A DNA stretch of 64,000 nt from Balanoglossus misakiensis (taxonomy: Eukaryota; Animalia; Hemichordata), in NCBI GenBank assembly GCA_040954595.2, contig CM082584.2, forward strand, positions 12,430,875-12,494,874, written 5' to 3'. Below, in pieces: positions 50,901-64,000 of this stretch. Both the position numbers and the translations under genes were made by a program. The notes beneath the pieces are model-generated. The model worked only from the letters and a program-made list of their open reading frames with translations, did no database searches and had not been told where the DNA came from. Each line of letters begins with the position of its first letter. The stretch's first letter is position 1.

Positions 50901-53900
50901 TGCTGCCCAAGTATGTAAGGCATGCAGGCCGGGTTATGATAACTTTGGTCGCTTATAATTTCATTTCAAACAAAATGGTGGGGTGATATTCCCCTTCACA
51001 GACATGTAATGACTTAAATATTGCCCACTTGAGATCCTTAAAGTTATGAGGATAATCTCCCAACCAAAATGAGTATGACATGACATTGTTTATGTATGTA
51101 TGCGATATGACACTATTTTGTCAAAATTTCTTATCATTAACCTTGAATGCTACTAATATTTCCACATTCGACAACAGCTGGGCCAGAATGTACAAAAAAA
51201 TTCACACAGTGATGTGTGGCCTTGTCATTTTCATCCGAAGACGTCTTAGGTGTCCCTGAGACACAGTGCCTGCTGGTAACTTTTAGGCTGAGCTCTATTC
51301 TGCAATTGTCAAGAGAACAATAGGAATCAATTTCGAACGTCAATGATGAGTTACGGCCAATTGAGAGGAATGTAGTTGCCTTTGTATGCAATACACTGTT
51401 GTCCCATATCGCCCCTGCTGCTTTGGGTTAATTAAATCTGAAAAGGTCAGACAGGAGGCTAGTGTTCTGCGGAACAATAGTTTCTGTTAATGGGCGTGGG
51501 CTCAGAAAACAATAGACCCTATTGTCAGGTTCCCTGCAAGTACGTATGTACATACGTACAGGTACTGATCGGTAAAGATTTGCCGATGGTGATGCAAGCC
51601 GTCGTACGTGACAGCCTCACTGTGGACTCACCTGATTTCCACAGCGTCCTTGAGCATGCAAATTACATTAAAGACTGGTTTAGAATTGACTGAATTCAGA
51701 CACAGATCTTTCATCATAAATTTGTATATACATGTATGGCTGAGTTACGAGTCACGGTGGTGTAGATGCAATTTCTGTGGAAATTTTTACGAACTGAGGC
51801 CCTACATACAAGTTTTAGTGGGCTCAGCCGCTCATTGAATGAAAACTAGAAATTGTTTATTTATTTTTGCTCCTTGGAAATTCAAAATGAGATTTATAAA
51901 GTGATGGAGTTATGTCTAATTGCTCAGGTTAGTGTCAGTAAAATACATAATTTGTTATGATTGAAACAGAAAACAATCAGGAGTATCATTGAACCTAGGA
52001 ATGGCAATGTAATTTGATTTAATGTAATGTAAAGTAATATACATTGTAATGCAATGTAATATGATTATGTAAGAGAATCGATTAGGCCTCGTATAGACAA
52101 GTAAAGCATTAGGCTTCTTTTATATCCAGTTCCATGAAGAAGGATTTCAAGAAATGAGATTTTTTTCATATGCCAAGAAATCAACATTTCAGTAATTTTT
52201 AGGGATGGAACAAGAAAGAAAAAGAGGTTGCTATATATTAAACAGCGGTTACAGTGGTATGGACATGGCAGCATTCTTAAGTTGGGCAAAAAACAGTGGT
52301 TTCTATAATTAAGATCAATTTTTGTCGGCATCCATTAATGTAAGCTGATAGACAAACATTACAATCGGCCGATATTGAAGATGCGAGAAATAACCACCGT
52401 ATTCAATGAGTAATGCACTGTTCTAATGCCTTCTGATGTTGGGAAAATCTGGGAATAAAATGTTTGGTATCCATGGTGATGACTCTACAAATTCTAAACG
52501 AGATGAGCAGGAAGTCATTGACACGGCGACTTTTCATTTTCCCCTTAAATTGATTTATGATGTCGGCTAGTTTTTCTCGACAGCCGGTTGCTTAAATTAA
52601 ATTTCAGTCGACATATTTCATCCACAGCGAGCAGACAGTGGTGTTGTGTTTTAGGGTCACAAGCCTCAACAGAAGTGGGTCCTGATCTCACCAACCCATC
52701 TCACATATCTTCGGTTAAAACACGCAATAAAATCTTCAAGTGATACCGAATGACACATCCATTAAAAAAAAACAGTTCAGGGTCTGTTTTGTCCTTCAAT
52801 TGGAAAACCTTGCATCTGTCATTACTGTTCATTCCTTTATTTTTTGAGTAACTTCATTGAAACGTGCGTCTTGATTTGACGTCATGAGTAATTTTTCCGT
52901 CTGAGTCATTGCCAGTTGTACATTGTATCATTGAGCCGTTTCAAGTTCATTGACAGTCGAACCATTCTAAAATTCTCTCCCGGCCTCAGATATTTGTAAA
53001 CAAGTGAAATCCATCCCTGTGGGATGATTTGCCTCAAGGCTGCAGAAACTTCTCTCTCTTTTTGGGTCCCTATTTTCTTGTCTTTGTAAATACCTCATAA
53101 ATTCATCTGTTGAAATCAGCCCAAGGTCAAACGACACGGCCATTGCATCATCACGCAAGCCCAGTATCAATCATACAGACAGAATTTCTTGGTGTTTTTA
53201 TCGTCCCTGAAATCCGCGCATTTAAATGGTCCATCCCATTTTGAACAGAGGGATGGTCTGCGTGTCATCATGGAGATTAGGTGAGATCATGCACGGGGAT
53301 GGCTGAATGACCTTGCTGTATGTAGTATTAGTAACTGCATTGTCTCAATTTCTAGCAAGATGTCTGAAATTTTCAATTGTCATCAGGTTTCCAAGGCCAG
53401 CTAGAATTCCACTGCACTGTTACTGCAATACACACCTCCAACTGTGCGAAGCAATTTCATGTGTGTAACACCATACAGGGGTGTGGCTGCAGTGCTGAAC
53501 TTGTACACTATCAGTTGCTATATATCTTACAGTAATACAAACTATTTATTTTTGAAGGAAACAAAATGTGTAGATTTCAACTTCAAGGAATTGTATCACG
53601 ATTCCAACCTTAACCCTGCCCTGCCCTCGTTATCCAAGACTGATATTACAGGCAGGAACATAAAATATGCAAAGATTGCCTAGTGTGACAATTTTATGAA
53701 TGACAAGACTGGTGGCCATGCATTGGCAGCTGAGTCAACATTTTCATGTAATATCAATAGCTGTCAATATACACTAATACCTTCCATCCAGGGTCATAAT
53801 TTCCACTGTGCACGAAACAACAGCTGTTTTCACATGGCAAATGTTCACATGTAGGCCCAACAATTTTTTTCCCCAGCAGAATTTGTAAAGATGGAATTGT

Positions 53901-56900
53901 TGTCTCTGGAACACATGATCAGGACTCGTACATCAAGCGGCAGGTACAATACATCATAATGAATACCTCATCAGGATTTCTATTACCAGTGATAACCGTT
54001 ATCGTCAAATATCAAAATTAATGATGTGAAGCTGAAAGGGTGTGTTTGACCTGATTCTAACCGCAGATTGCCAGAACACAAGCCTGCTTGGTTGTGTGTC
54101 GATCGTCATGACAGTCAATATTTAATCTCAGAAAGGTCATGTAGTGTCATGAGCAGTTGCTTTAAAGACAAAATTCTGATCTGCAGAGATATGTTCTCAA
54201 TGGAATGTAAACTTGAAGGAGTACATGTAGTAAGAGTAGTGGTGGTAATTGTGTGTTCACATCTGGACATGGTCATTGCAGTCGGGCCATGTGTACTAGA
54301 CGCTGTCTTGCTGTGACACTACAGCCAATAAGGCAATTTCATGTGTACAGTGTCTGTGTTTGGCATGCCAGGCCAGGTCAAACTGACCTTGTCAATGTTA
54401 AAGCCAGGAAAAGGTCACATACATGTACTACTAGCACATTGGACCGCACAGACCCCATACAATGTTGCCTAGATTAAGAACAGGCTCTTCAGGAAAGCAG
54501 AGCATTCTAGATTTGTTCTCAAGAAATCCTGACAATCTTTGCTGATCCAGATCTGTTCCTTTGGTGGTTCCTATGGAGTTACCATATATGAGCCAATCAC
54601 ATCCATCCACCCATTCTGCTTTGGTCAGTATCATTCCAAATTGGCTTTTGTAACAGCTGCTGTGATTGGCCTTTGAATGATGCTGCTTCCCTGAAGCCCC
54701 TCATGCATGTTTTGCATACTCTGCCATTCTCACAAGGTGACATAACTATCAGTTCCTTCAATTTGCATATGATAATTAGAGGGTCGTTAGACATCAGAAT
54801 GCCAAGGTCATGACCCCAGTGGGCCCCAGGATGTGTGGAGTAGCTCATGCGTTGTTTGATGGGTGGTATTTTGTCACAGAAGGTCGCGGCCAGTGTGTGC
54901 TTGTTGGAGCAGCTCTGTGGTGATTAAATTGACAAATGGCGTCGATGGTAAGGGTTGATGCCATACAGATGTTTTATCTATGGACAGCTGCGATTCAGGA
55001 CGAGGTGAAGGAAAGTCGTTCTTTGAGCCTCGCAGGATGTCTGGATTTCTCCAAGCTCTGTAGTTTTAATAAACAACATAACTGTGCAGTCATTATTCAT
55101 GTGAAGCATAAGAAGTGTATTCTGGTGACTGGATTTTTAAATAAAAGTAGTTCGAAGTCCTGCCTGATTGACAAGGAAAGTTAGAATTTGTACAGAAACA
55201 GTGAACATCATTTAATCTTTCAAATGTTTTGTATTACAACATAGAGAGGTCAATTTTATCCATCACCATGACAACAATAAACAGCTGTAATCTCAAACCT
55301 TGGAATTCTTTCATGATGAGAAAAAAAGGTTTGAATAAAATAGAATAATGGCTGTTAATGAGAAAATAATCATCTGAGTGCAATGTTATTTGGTATTTAA
55401 ATGGAAATTTTAAAAAATAAGAATAGCAGATAATTAAAATATAATTTTTGCATTGGCAGCTTTAGCTTAATACTGTAATGTTAATGGTATTAAACACTTC
55501 AGTCTAATGTCATACTATAAATGTTAATAATCGCCCCTTGACCTATGAAATATTTTTCAACACACATCCAGTCAGGGTTTTACAGGCAGCTGTGAGGTGA
55601 TGGTGAGAATTACCTGTAGATATTGGCATTGATAAGAAAGAAGAATGTACATCCCTACTCATCCTGACCTAGGCCGGCTTGCATCGCTCCATTTGGGTGT
55701 GTTCTGGGTTTGAAATAAAACACAGCTTTTGTTGAGTGTTGAACAAATACCAAAACTAGAATGTTTTTCGTCTAAATCTAATATAGTGTAACATTTTTCC
55801 TGTGGCCCCTTTTCAATTAACATTAGGTGAAGATCCAGAATTAGTCATTTTGGGGAAAATATTACATTGTCAGAATGACTTGGTAAATAAAACAATCATC
55901 TGAAAGGTTTTTGATCATGTGTAACACAAAATACGAAGAGAGATGTCATGTAGCACAGAATAGTCTAGCATCAGACTTGAAATCACTGTTTCCTTATTTG
56001 CAAGTCAAATCCAAAGGCAGCCCGCATAACATTATCTTCAGTCATGAATACGGCCATGATTTTTAATAAGCACCCACTACTGATTGTGTTTACCTAACAT
56101 GATGAATTTATGGCAGGTGATTATTTGTGAAGTTCTCTAAAAGCAAATTTGCATTGGGTTTAGTTGTTAAGTGCAGGGGTCGACCTGTTCAACTGAAACA
56201 GATCGCATAATGTGGCTAGCAGTGCGCATTGACCTTCCTCTGTAAAATCAGATCACCAACATCATGCATGCCTTCATCACAATTCGTTTTAAGCCCCACA
56301 TACACACACATTCATGTACATATTACACACACTTTCTTATGGCTGTGAAAGATGTAAAATAAGGTTACAACACCAGGAGTGTTTCCAAGCCCAGTTATGA
56401 TTTGTAAAAGGTCACAATTACGAGACTTTTGGCTGTATCCTCTGTCACATCAGAGAACAAGCCCACAGTGAGATGAGAGCATCTGTTTCATGTAGGTGGC
56501 TTCGTTACAATTGCCATCCCCACCACGTAGCATCATCAAAACTAGGTCTGTTCCTCGTGAGGTGGTTGGCGTATCACTTTTTAATTTGATCCACGATTTT
56601 AAACTGGGTTTTTTATTGCTGATGTGCTAATTATCAGGCACTACAATTTAGTTGAAAAAATGAACAAAAAAAGATTTGTATAAAAATAATATATATTGGT
56701 ACGTAAACACATTTTATAAATATGTTTGGTACGTTAAATTAAAAATCAACATAAAAATGTTGCTCTTCAAAGGTTGTTAATTTTATTGAAAATAGCGACA
56801 AAAAATTGTGGAAAAATATTTTTAAATACTGCTTAAGCTAGTTTGTAAATTTCAGGTAAATAATGGCAAAAATATTCATGAAAATTTAGTTTAAAAATCT

Positions 56901-59900
56901 GGAATAATGGAACAGCCTAAGGAGATACAATACATTTGGTTTTGTTGACCTTTTTTCTTTTAAGCCTATTGTGGAGAGTTTTGACCTTTTGTTTAGTGTA
57001 TGAAGGGAAAAAAAGGGAAAAAATATACATTAAAACACAGATATTTTCACTGATTGTACATTTCCACAGTAGGGTTTATACACTAATGTAGCATGGAATG
57101 ACCATTTTTCACATGGAAAAAAATTAGGAAAAAATTAAGAAAAATATTGATGAACCAAAGATGTAATTTTGTACTGTTATTTTCAAGAAAACAATTATAT
57201 TTGAATGTACTGATAGGTATTTGTGTGCTGTCTAAGCGTAGTGCCTATTTTACCCCATTTTACCCCATCAATGTCGTGAATAGATTTATTTCATCCGCCC
57301 ACACACCTTGATAACCTGCAAAGATGTGTTCACGTTGATCTACCGTAACTCCCCTATTGTGTCGACTTCACCAAAATGAAACAGTCAACAGGCGAGTTGT
57401 AAATTTGGACATTGGGCGTCCAGTTGTTGCAGAAATGAAGGCGATACAGAACAAACCATTCTTGCTTATATCTTTTGTTTCAGCTTGCTGATATTGTAGT
57501 TTTACGATCAGCAGAGTAAATGCGCATCTGAATAAAGAATTACAGTACTGAGGCATATAGAGTACTTGCGCATTATAGGCGTCGCCTTCAGCGCACTCAA
57601 TATCATGTATACATGCACATTCTTCTGTGCATTAAGAAAAAAAAATCCCCTCATCATCAGTCAGACTTCTCTGGCCTTAGAAGACTTCCCTGAATTATCA
57701 CATGTCTGGTCACCATGGAAACACATATGTTTCTGCATTCATTGAGCTGCATAAAATTAAGTCGTACATCTGAAGCAATTTACTGCAATATTTTATTTAA
57801 AAAAAAATTTAGTGCAATTTTTTTTTATGTTTCAACTGTGGTAATTTTGTAGAAATAATTTCGTGTCATCAGTAGCCTAAATCATACCATATGTGTTATA
57901 ATATTTTTTATTTATGTCTGGTGTGTGTTGAGTAAAATTTTTGTGATTGAGGCACCTTTTCTTAGTTAGTTCAGTTTAAAAAAATCACAGTTCTGTTGAA
58001 TCGAGTGAAATAGGCCCTAATGCAGTGTCATGTCTGTGGTCAAATTTTTACTGAGACTGCCAAAGTATGAGACAGACGTGTGAGATTTGTGTTGGGTCTT
58101 GGGAGACTTACTGCGGCGTCGCCGTGAATGCAAAAGTACATCTGCTGGTCATAAATTAACAGCTACAGGCACAACCCCATGGACTATTCTTAGCAATAGA
58201 AATTAACCAAGATAAGAACATTATACCGAAAAGGGAGAGAGAGTGAAATATTGGCATTGAATCAGTGATACATTATATGTGGTCAAAGACGGCACACAGT
58301 GCAAAGTCATTTGGATCTTAATGTGTAAAAGAATATGAATGGCCTGACCACACCCCATAAATTTTGATAAAATTAGCTGAATTTAACAAAAGCAACATTG
58401 TCACCTAAATCATAGTAAATGAATGCATGAAATCTCTTTTATTTAGATTAATATCATAGTGGGTTAGGCAAATTGCTCAACGGAAATATAGAAAGTGGTT
58501 TTTATAAGTCTTATCTATGCTAAATAGACGCTGTATTTTACAGACAATACTATCAGCGATTAGCTGTAGTTTTTTAAAGTAAATGTGTAATTGTGGTTGA
58601 TGCTTCCTCACTGACCTCAGTAATATTTTCTTTTCTTTTCTTTTTCGCTCACTATCAAGTCATTGGGGACAAGGTAGAAATTCAGTGAATAATGGTTATT
58701 AGTAATGTCCATAATACACTTGCCCACATCATTTCCCAGAATGCACTTGGGCAAGCTGAATCACACACACACAAAAAGACAGGTACTGTCCTGAGAATGG
58801 CATCCTGATAAAATTTTACATTAAAAAACAGGTATTTAGGTGATTGTGCTAAAGCCGTTTTGGATTCTGCTGTGTAAATTACCGGTAACATCCCTCAAGG
58901 TTTGAAATTTGCTTAACAATAGGGATGGAGAATCAATAATGATGATTGACATTTGAAGTAATATCTACTGCACAAACAAATTACTGTGGAAAACCCGGGT
59001 GGGAGCCTAGTGAGTGAATTTCATAATCGGTATTTCACACGTTGGTGTGAATTTTATCTGCTATTGATCTTATCGGGTTTGCTCTCAGTTGGTGAAATAC
59101 TTCTCTGTACATGTACACAGTACGGTGACTTCAGAAATATGGCAGATTATGGATAATATCATTTGTCCTCTCTGCCACCTCATGTTGTGCAGGTTACCTT
59201 GTCCCCTAGATGAACTGGAACAGAGATGAAGTTAATTCTACTCCATGAATGCAGCACTTCCTAACAAGCTAGATAGTGTACAGATGAAGGACCATAGCCA
59301 GACAGTGCAATAGAGTAGATTTATTTACCAGACACGATCACAAAAATCGTGGCTGTCTGGAGTAAAAGGGACCTGTTCTCTTCCCCGAAACCCCAGGGAA
59401 AAATCCATATGCTCACAACCTTCCAAAAGAGAGGGGAGATGGGGAATTCAACTTTCAAACGCATTAGCCAGTAGTGATTTTAATGAATGGAGAAAATATG
59501 GAATCAACATGTTTACACCTAGAGATGCCATGAGGTGTTTGGGTGGTTTCACAGTAAACCATAGAATGATCACATTTGGTTCAACACTACATCTCAGAAT
59601 GATTGTGGTCCATTGGGTAAGGTACTTAAGCCTTCCACCCCTCTTTCCATCTATAGAGGTCCAACTTTACCATTGAAAACAATGGAATTGGACCAAACCA
59701 TGATAGTTAAAGGGTTACATCACTGTGGTGAGTTTGAGACCCAGATATGGCCACAATGTTGTGCCCTTGAGCGAGGCACTTTACTTCTCATTGCTTCTCC
59801 CTTACGCACTCAAATGACGGGTTTCTCATCCTGTTATTTGTCGCCTGTTGGAGAAAATGAAAGTAAATTTGCTTTTAGGATTGTTTTTCCTGAATACTCA

Positions 59901-62746
59901 GTGAGACTTTCCAACCTTCATTTATTGAAGTGCAATAATTGCACTCAGCATTATTACAATATGCAAATACATTTTGTTAATTTCCTGGATGTGAAATTGA
60001 CTGCCAGTGGACCTTCCATCCATTGTTTCAGGTCATCAGCTGTGAGGCTGAAATGACAAACAAGGTGGTGTTGGTCAGTTTGCCCTGTGTTGTGATCAAG
60101 TCTGTTGTTTCACACACAGTACAGTGCTTTCAGTGATGTATTTGGCACCTCACATTTGCAGTGACCCTAAATGGTAGCCTTTCATTGAGGCTTAACGCAG
60201 CGTAAATAATCTAATATTCTCTTGAATGTCTCAGGGTTGTGTACTGTACTGTTTTGTTGATCAAATTTTCCGGGGTTATTTCTCTCCCTAGAAAAGTCCA
60301 AGCGGGAAATTCCAAAGTCACCGGAACCAATGGGAAGGATCAGACGGGTGACCAAACTGGATAGCCAATCGCAAAGCCAGGAAAGACAGTCAACGATGGA
60401 TGACACTGATCTGATCGAACAGCAGAAAATGTCCATGATGCTGCACAGCATGTCAAAAGGAAGAAAAGTGAGCAAGACCGCACAAACCAAAGTCTCGGGC
60501 CGGCCAGACATCCGCTCCGATGACAGCATGGACGCCGACGGCACCATCACTCCAGAACAGAGCATCGACGAGGAAGACGGGAAGTGTATGTCCAAGTCTG
60601 CCAAGGTGGAACACCGATCGTCGGTTGGGAAACCTCTGGAGATTGATCTGACAGGCTTTATGAAGTACAGAAGAGATTCTCAGCCCAAAGTGAAAGGGGA
60701 CATCTTCACCCTCTCGGGGATTCTCTCTCTGCGCATTCACGGTGGCCGCAAACTGGCAACGCTCAGAAGTCAATCGCGGGAGCTCTTTTGTGTTGTGGAG
60801 GTGGACTCAGAGGCCAAGGCGAGGACATACACAGTCACTGCCAAGGACGAATTTACCTGGGATGAAAACTTTGAAATTGAGTTGGAGAACTCCACAGAGA
60901 TTACCATCATGGTGTATTGTAGGGAAGGGGAATCGAAGTGCAAGCAATGCTACAAAGGGATTCTTCGACTCGTACCTCTCTTCAGGGACCAGAGAAGCGC
61001 CGTTCAACAACTGGCCCTGAAGTTGGAGCCTCGCGGACTTCTTTACCTTTCAATGTCTTTCACTGAGAGTACGGTCACTCTGAAGCGTACTCCGTCAATG
61101 AATCGCAGCGGTGTCTTCGGAGTCTCTTTGGAGAGCGTGGTGAGGCGCGAACGCACAGGTATGAATGTGCCCCTCTTGGTGCAGAAGTGCGTGAAGGAGA
61201 TCGAGGAGAGAGGGATTGAGATGATCGGCGTTTACAGGGTCTGTGGATCAGCCAAGAGGAAAAAGAGTTTGAAGGGCGAGTTTGATCAGAACAGTGCCAC
61301 TGTTGACATATCACCGGATAACTGCCCAGATATCAATGTTATTACAGGTGAGTTCACACTCTTTATTCGCCATGAGAGAATGCACCGTGGCCAATCTATT
61401 CCAAAACTAGTAATGCCTTGCAACACAACACAACACAACACAACACAACACAACACAACACAACACAACACAACACAACACAACACAACACAACACAACA
61501 CAACACAACACAACACAACACAGCACAGCACAGCACCACCCAAGACAGCACAACACAACACACTGTCATAGCCCTGACCCCGGACCCGATATTTGACTGA
61601 GCGTCTGCCACTTCTAATCATGCATCCTGCTGTTCATTTGTTGCAGGTTGTCTGAAAGATTACCTTCGGGAATTACCGGAGCCATTGTTCACTAATTCGC
61701 TGTGTCAGAAGCTGATGGATATTCTGATGAATCCGGAAGCTGACCCCAAAGCCAGCGCTGAACTTGTCCTCAAATTGATGTCAGACTTGCCACAAGCCAA
61801 TCAGGTGTGTATTTCCTGGAAATGTTTGTCAGACAATTAATTCAAGATGATGTTCCTGTCTGCAGAAGTGCTGTTTGTACGAAGTGCATGTACAAAGTAG
61901 TATTCAAAAAAATATTTTTTGTCTGAGATGGATCTGAATCATGCTTTTTACTCTTCCATTTTGCATCTTTTTTCAGGATACACTAGAATATCTCTTAGAT
62001 CATCTGAAACTGATCTCTGCGCACAGCGACAGCAACAAGATGAATAACTTCAACTTGGCCGTTTGTTTTGGACCGGTCTTGATGTCACCGACACCAACCA
62101 GTGACCGGGACTACCAGGCAGCTGTTGACTTTGAAAAGCACATTGAAGTTCTGCAGCATCTTCTAGATATCTGGCCAGAAAAAGAAGGTACTTGGGGGTT
62201 TGAAATAAATGTTTTATGCAGGAAGGAAGTGTTAAGTGCAGAGCATTGGGAAAGTCACTGTGGTTTATGAGTGACCCACTTATATTTGACCTCGGTTATA
62301 AATATTGCACAGTATTTGCACAGAGATTGTACCATTGTCAGAGTGGGGCCACTGTGACATACATATGAGATCATTAGGGATGGGTAGTGGTTAGGTATCT
62401 TCTAATTTCTGGGAAGTGCCTAGGATATTCTTGAAATCAACCTTCATGGGGTAAATTTTATTGGGTTTAATTGTGCTCTCTGTGAGATTTCAAAACAGGA
62501 GCACAATGGAAAATTAAATTTTGGGCTGAAAACACACACACACTATATTATACTGTCTCATTCTTTTTTTGAATAGAGCGTGTGGCAATCAAAACAAGAC
62601 TCACAGAGAAGTCAGTGAAGAATAAAAATGGAAGCCAAGAAGATGATAGCTGTTACCATAGCATAGACGATCTAGACGATGCACCAACCACTGCCAAAGC
62701 TGAAGAGAACTGGGATTCAGAAAATTTAGAAGTGTCTGCCTGCTAA
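44905..62746 (+). CDS. SYDE1: SYD-1 / RhoGAP100F / SYDE family Rho GTPase-activating protein (PDZ, C2, RhoGAP)
   Basis: Exons 44905-46630, 60292-61347, 61648-61804, 61977-62187 and 62577-62746. Domains: PDZ (TLGIYITEGDG..GIFISRL..LLQVGDEILSVN), C2 (LSGILSLRIHGGRKL..FTWDENFEIEL) and RhoGAP (GVFGVSLE..VPLLVQKC..GVYRVCG..LKDYLRELPEPLFT..NKMNNFNLAVCFGP). Ends EVSAC*. Pre-duplication SYDE1/2 orthologue. Confidence 0.9.
59601..59825 (+). mobile_element. Degenerate tRNA-derived SINE interrupted by a MITE
   Basis: A-box-like TGGTCCATTGGGTAAG (~59606) and B-box-like GAGTTTGAGACCC (~59730). These are followed by TTGTGCCCTTGAGCGAGGCACTTTAC, which resembles the GTG.CCTTG.GCAAG.CACTT segment of CORE-type SINEs. 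Confidence 0.55.
59626..59718 (+). mobile_element. ~90-bp TTAA-flanked hairpin MITE
   Basis: TTAAGCCTT...AAAGGGTTAC termini, with an internal palindrome GGTCCAA..CCATTG AAAA CAATGG..TTGGACC. Confidence 0.6.
61421..61560 (+). repeat. (CAACA)n pentanucleotide microsatellite, intronic
   Basis: About 20 perfect units followed by CAGCA variants. Confidence 0.97.
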
Positions 62747-62748
62747 TG

Positions 62749-62960
62749 GTTGCCTAGCAACTGTATCCATGGCTACACTGCCTCCCTGAAATTGGATACA
62801 TCGTATCCTTGGACGTAGCAGAAATGGTCACCCAGTGGCTGTTTCTGTGGGTCTTGTGATTGGTTTACATGGTATCCATGGATGCAGAAGTCATGATTAC
62901 CTAGTGACAGTTTCCATGGATACTGCACATTTGATAACCTTGAAGTGTATCCATGGAAAC
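62749..62960. promoter_or_regulatory. Homotypic cluster of RFX X-box-like motifs
   Basis: GTTGCCTAGCAAC 62749, GTATCCATGGCTAC 62763, GTATCCATGGATGC 62872, ATTACCTAGTGAC 62896, GTTTCCATGGATAC 62910, GTATCCATGGAAAC 62947. Confidence 0.55.
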
Positions 62961-64000
62961 AGCAAAAGTAACATTGTCCACTGTAAGGGCATTGAATGAA
63001 ATGAAAACAAACCCAGAGAGATTACCTTTCCACGTCTCAAAGGTAATTGATTTTAAATAGCAGACTAAAAAATGAAATCATTTCACATTCCCAACCTCTG
63101 GTAAACTATTTTGCACAGAGGTATTACAGTGTCTTTTCTCTTCAGTTCTATGTTATGTTGTTATGAGACACGAAATTGAAAATCTACTGATGATTCATAT
63201 CTGTAACTGCACCAACGTTCACGATTTTGATATTAAAAACCCAAATATACATTCTGCCATTTTTCGCACATTTGTGGGAACGGTAACAATGAATTCCTGC
63301 ATTTTTGAGCTTTACCGTGTATTTAATATGCCATCCATAACCAGACTGAATGCCCGGTTATTCTTAGAATTTTATGAATTCACCGACAGATACCACACAC
63401 GGAGATAGTGGTCAGGTGACTAGTGCCATCTAGAGACGAGAGAGAGATTAGTGCACAATTTGAAGCAGCTCTGCCACTGAGGGCAGTAGAAAGCTGGAGA
63501 GTCACAACATAAGTGTAAATTAATATAATATTTCCTAATTTATTAATGCTTGCTACTTATTGAAAAATCAAATGTCAGTTATGATTGTAATTTGTAGTGT
63601 TTTTGACGATGAAGGTTTGTCTTGAGTATTTGAACAAAGTAGGGATTTTAACTTTGGGAGTGATTGTGCTATGATCAAAACAATGTGAACAAATGTGTGT
63701 ATTGTGATTATGTGGGTGCGAGTTTGTGGAATTTCTTTGATCTGTACATACTATTAATGAACAATTAAGTGTGCAAATATTTCCAGTTTTAAAGATTAAG
63801 TCACGTGGTGGTTTGACACCTCTCTTGCATATATTGCAAACATTTCATTGTATAGCTTAGAAACCAACATGAAGTGTAGTCAATCGTAATGTCAAATGCA
63901 TCCTTCAAGGCAATATTTTACAAAGTTTTTTTTTTAATTTTTAATTTTTGAGTGAAGGTGCCAATTTGTCATTTTTCCCTTCACAGGTCTTGTATCTTGT

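Noticed and set aside
61286-61621. NTTQH / CCVVL repeat ORFs
   Set aside because: They come from the (CAACA)n microsatellite inside an intron bounded by a GT donor (61348) and AG acceptor (61647).
1-64000. CRISPR arrays, rRNA, tRNA, intact transposase or viral genes
   Set aside because: None recognised. The repeats present are microsatellites, short duplications or decayed elements. Covariance-model searches could not be run.

Overview
This is eukaryotic, AT-rich, intron-containing animal DNA, most likely from an invertebrate deuterostome such as a hemichordate (inferred from gene content and architecture, not provable here). I hand-spliced seven protein-coding genes. In order: the 3' part of an NPHP3/TEP1-like TPR gene (+), TTC4 (-), PRXL2C/AAED1 (+), CDC14 (+, ~25 kb), aminopeptidase O (-), BTBD19 (+) and a PDZ-C2-RhoGAP SYD-1/RhoGAP100F gene (+). 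Most ORF-track entries are spurious or exon fragments. The most interesting observations are: an AT-AC U12 intron in TTC4; a CxxC-to-CxxA change in PRXL2C; frame-preserving microexons and three candidate C-termini in CDC14; a dense cluster of RFX X-box-like motifs, including inverted pairs, in the SYD-1 gene; a ~90-bp TTAA-flanked hairpin MITE family, one copy nested in a SINE; a LINE reverse-transcriptase relic just upstream of CDC14; and apparent deep microsynteny (PRXL2C-CDC14-AOPEP). I found no CRISPR, rRNA, tRNA or intact transposase, and no clearly novel multi-gene system. Comparisons to human proteins and loci are from memory and need database confirmation.
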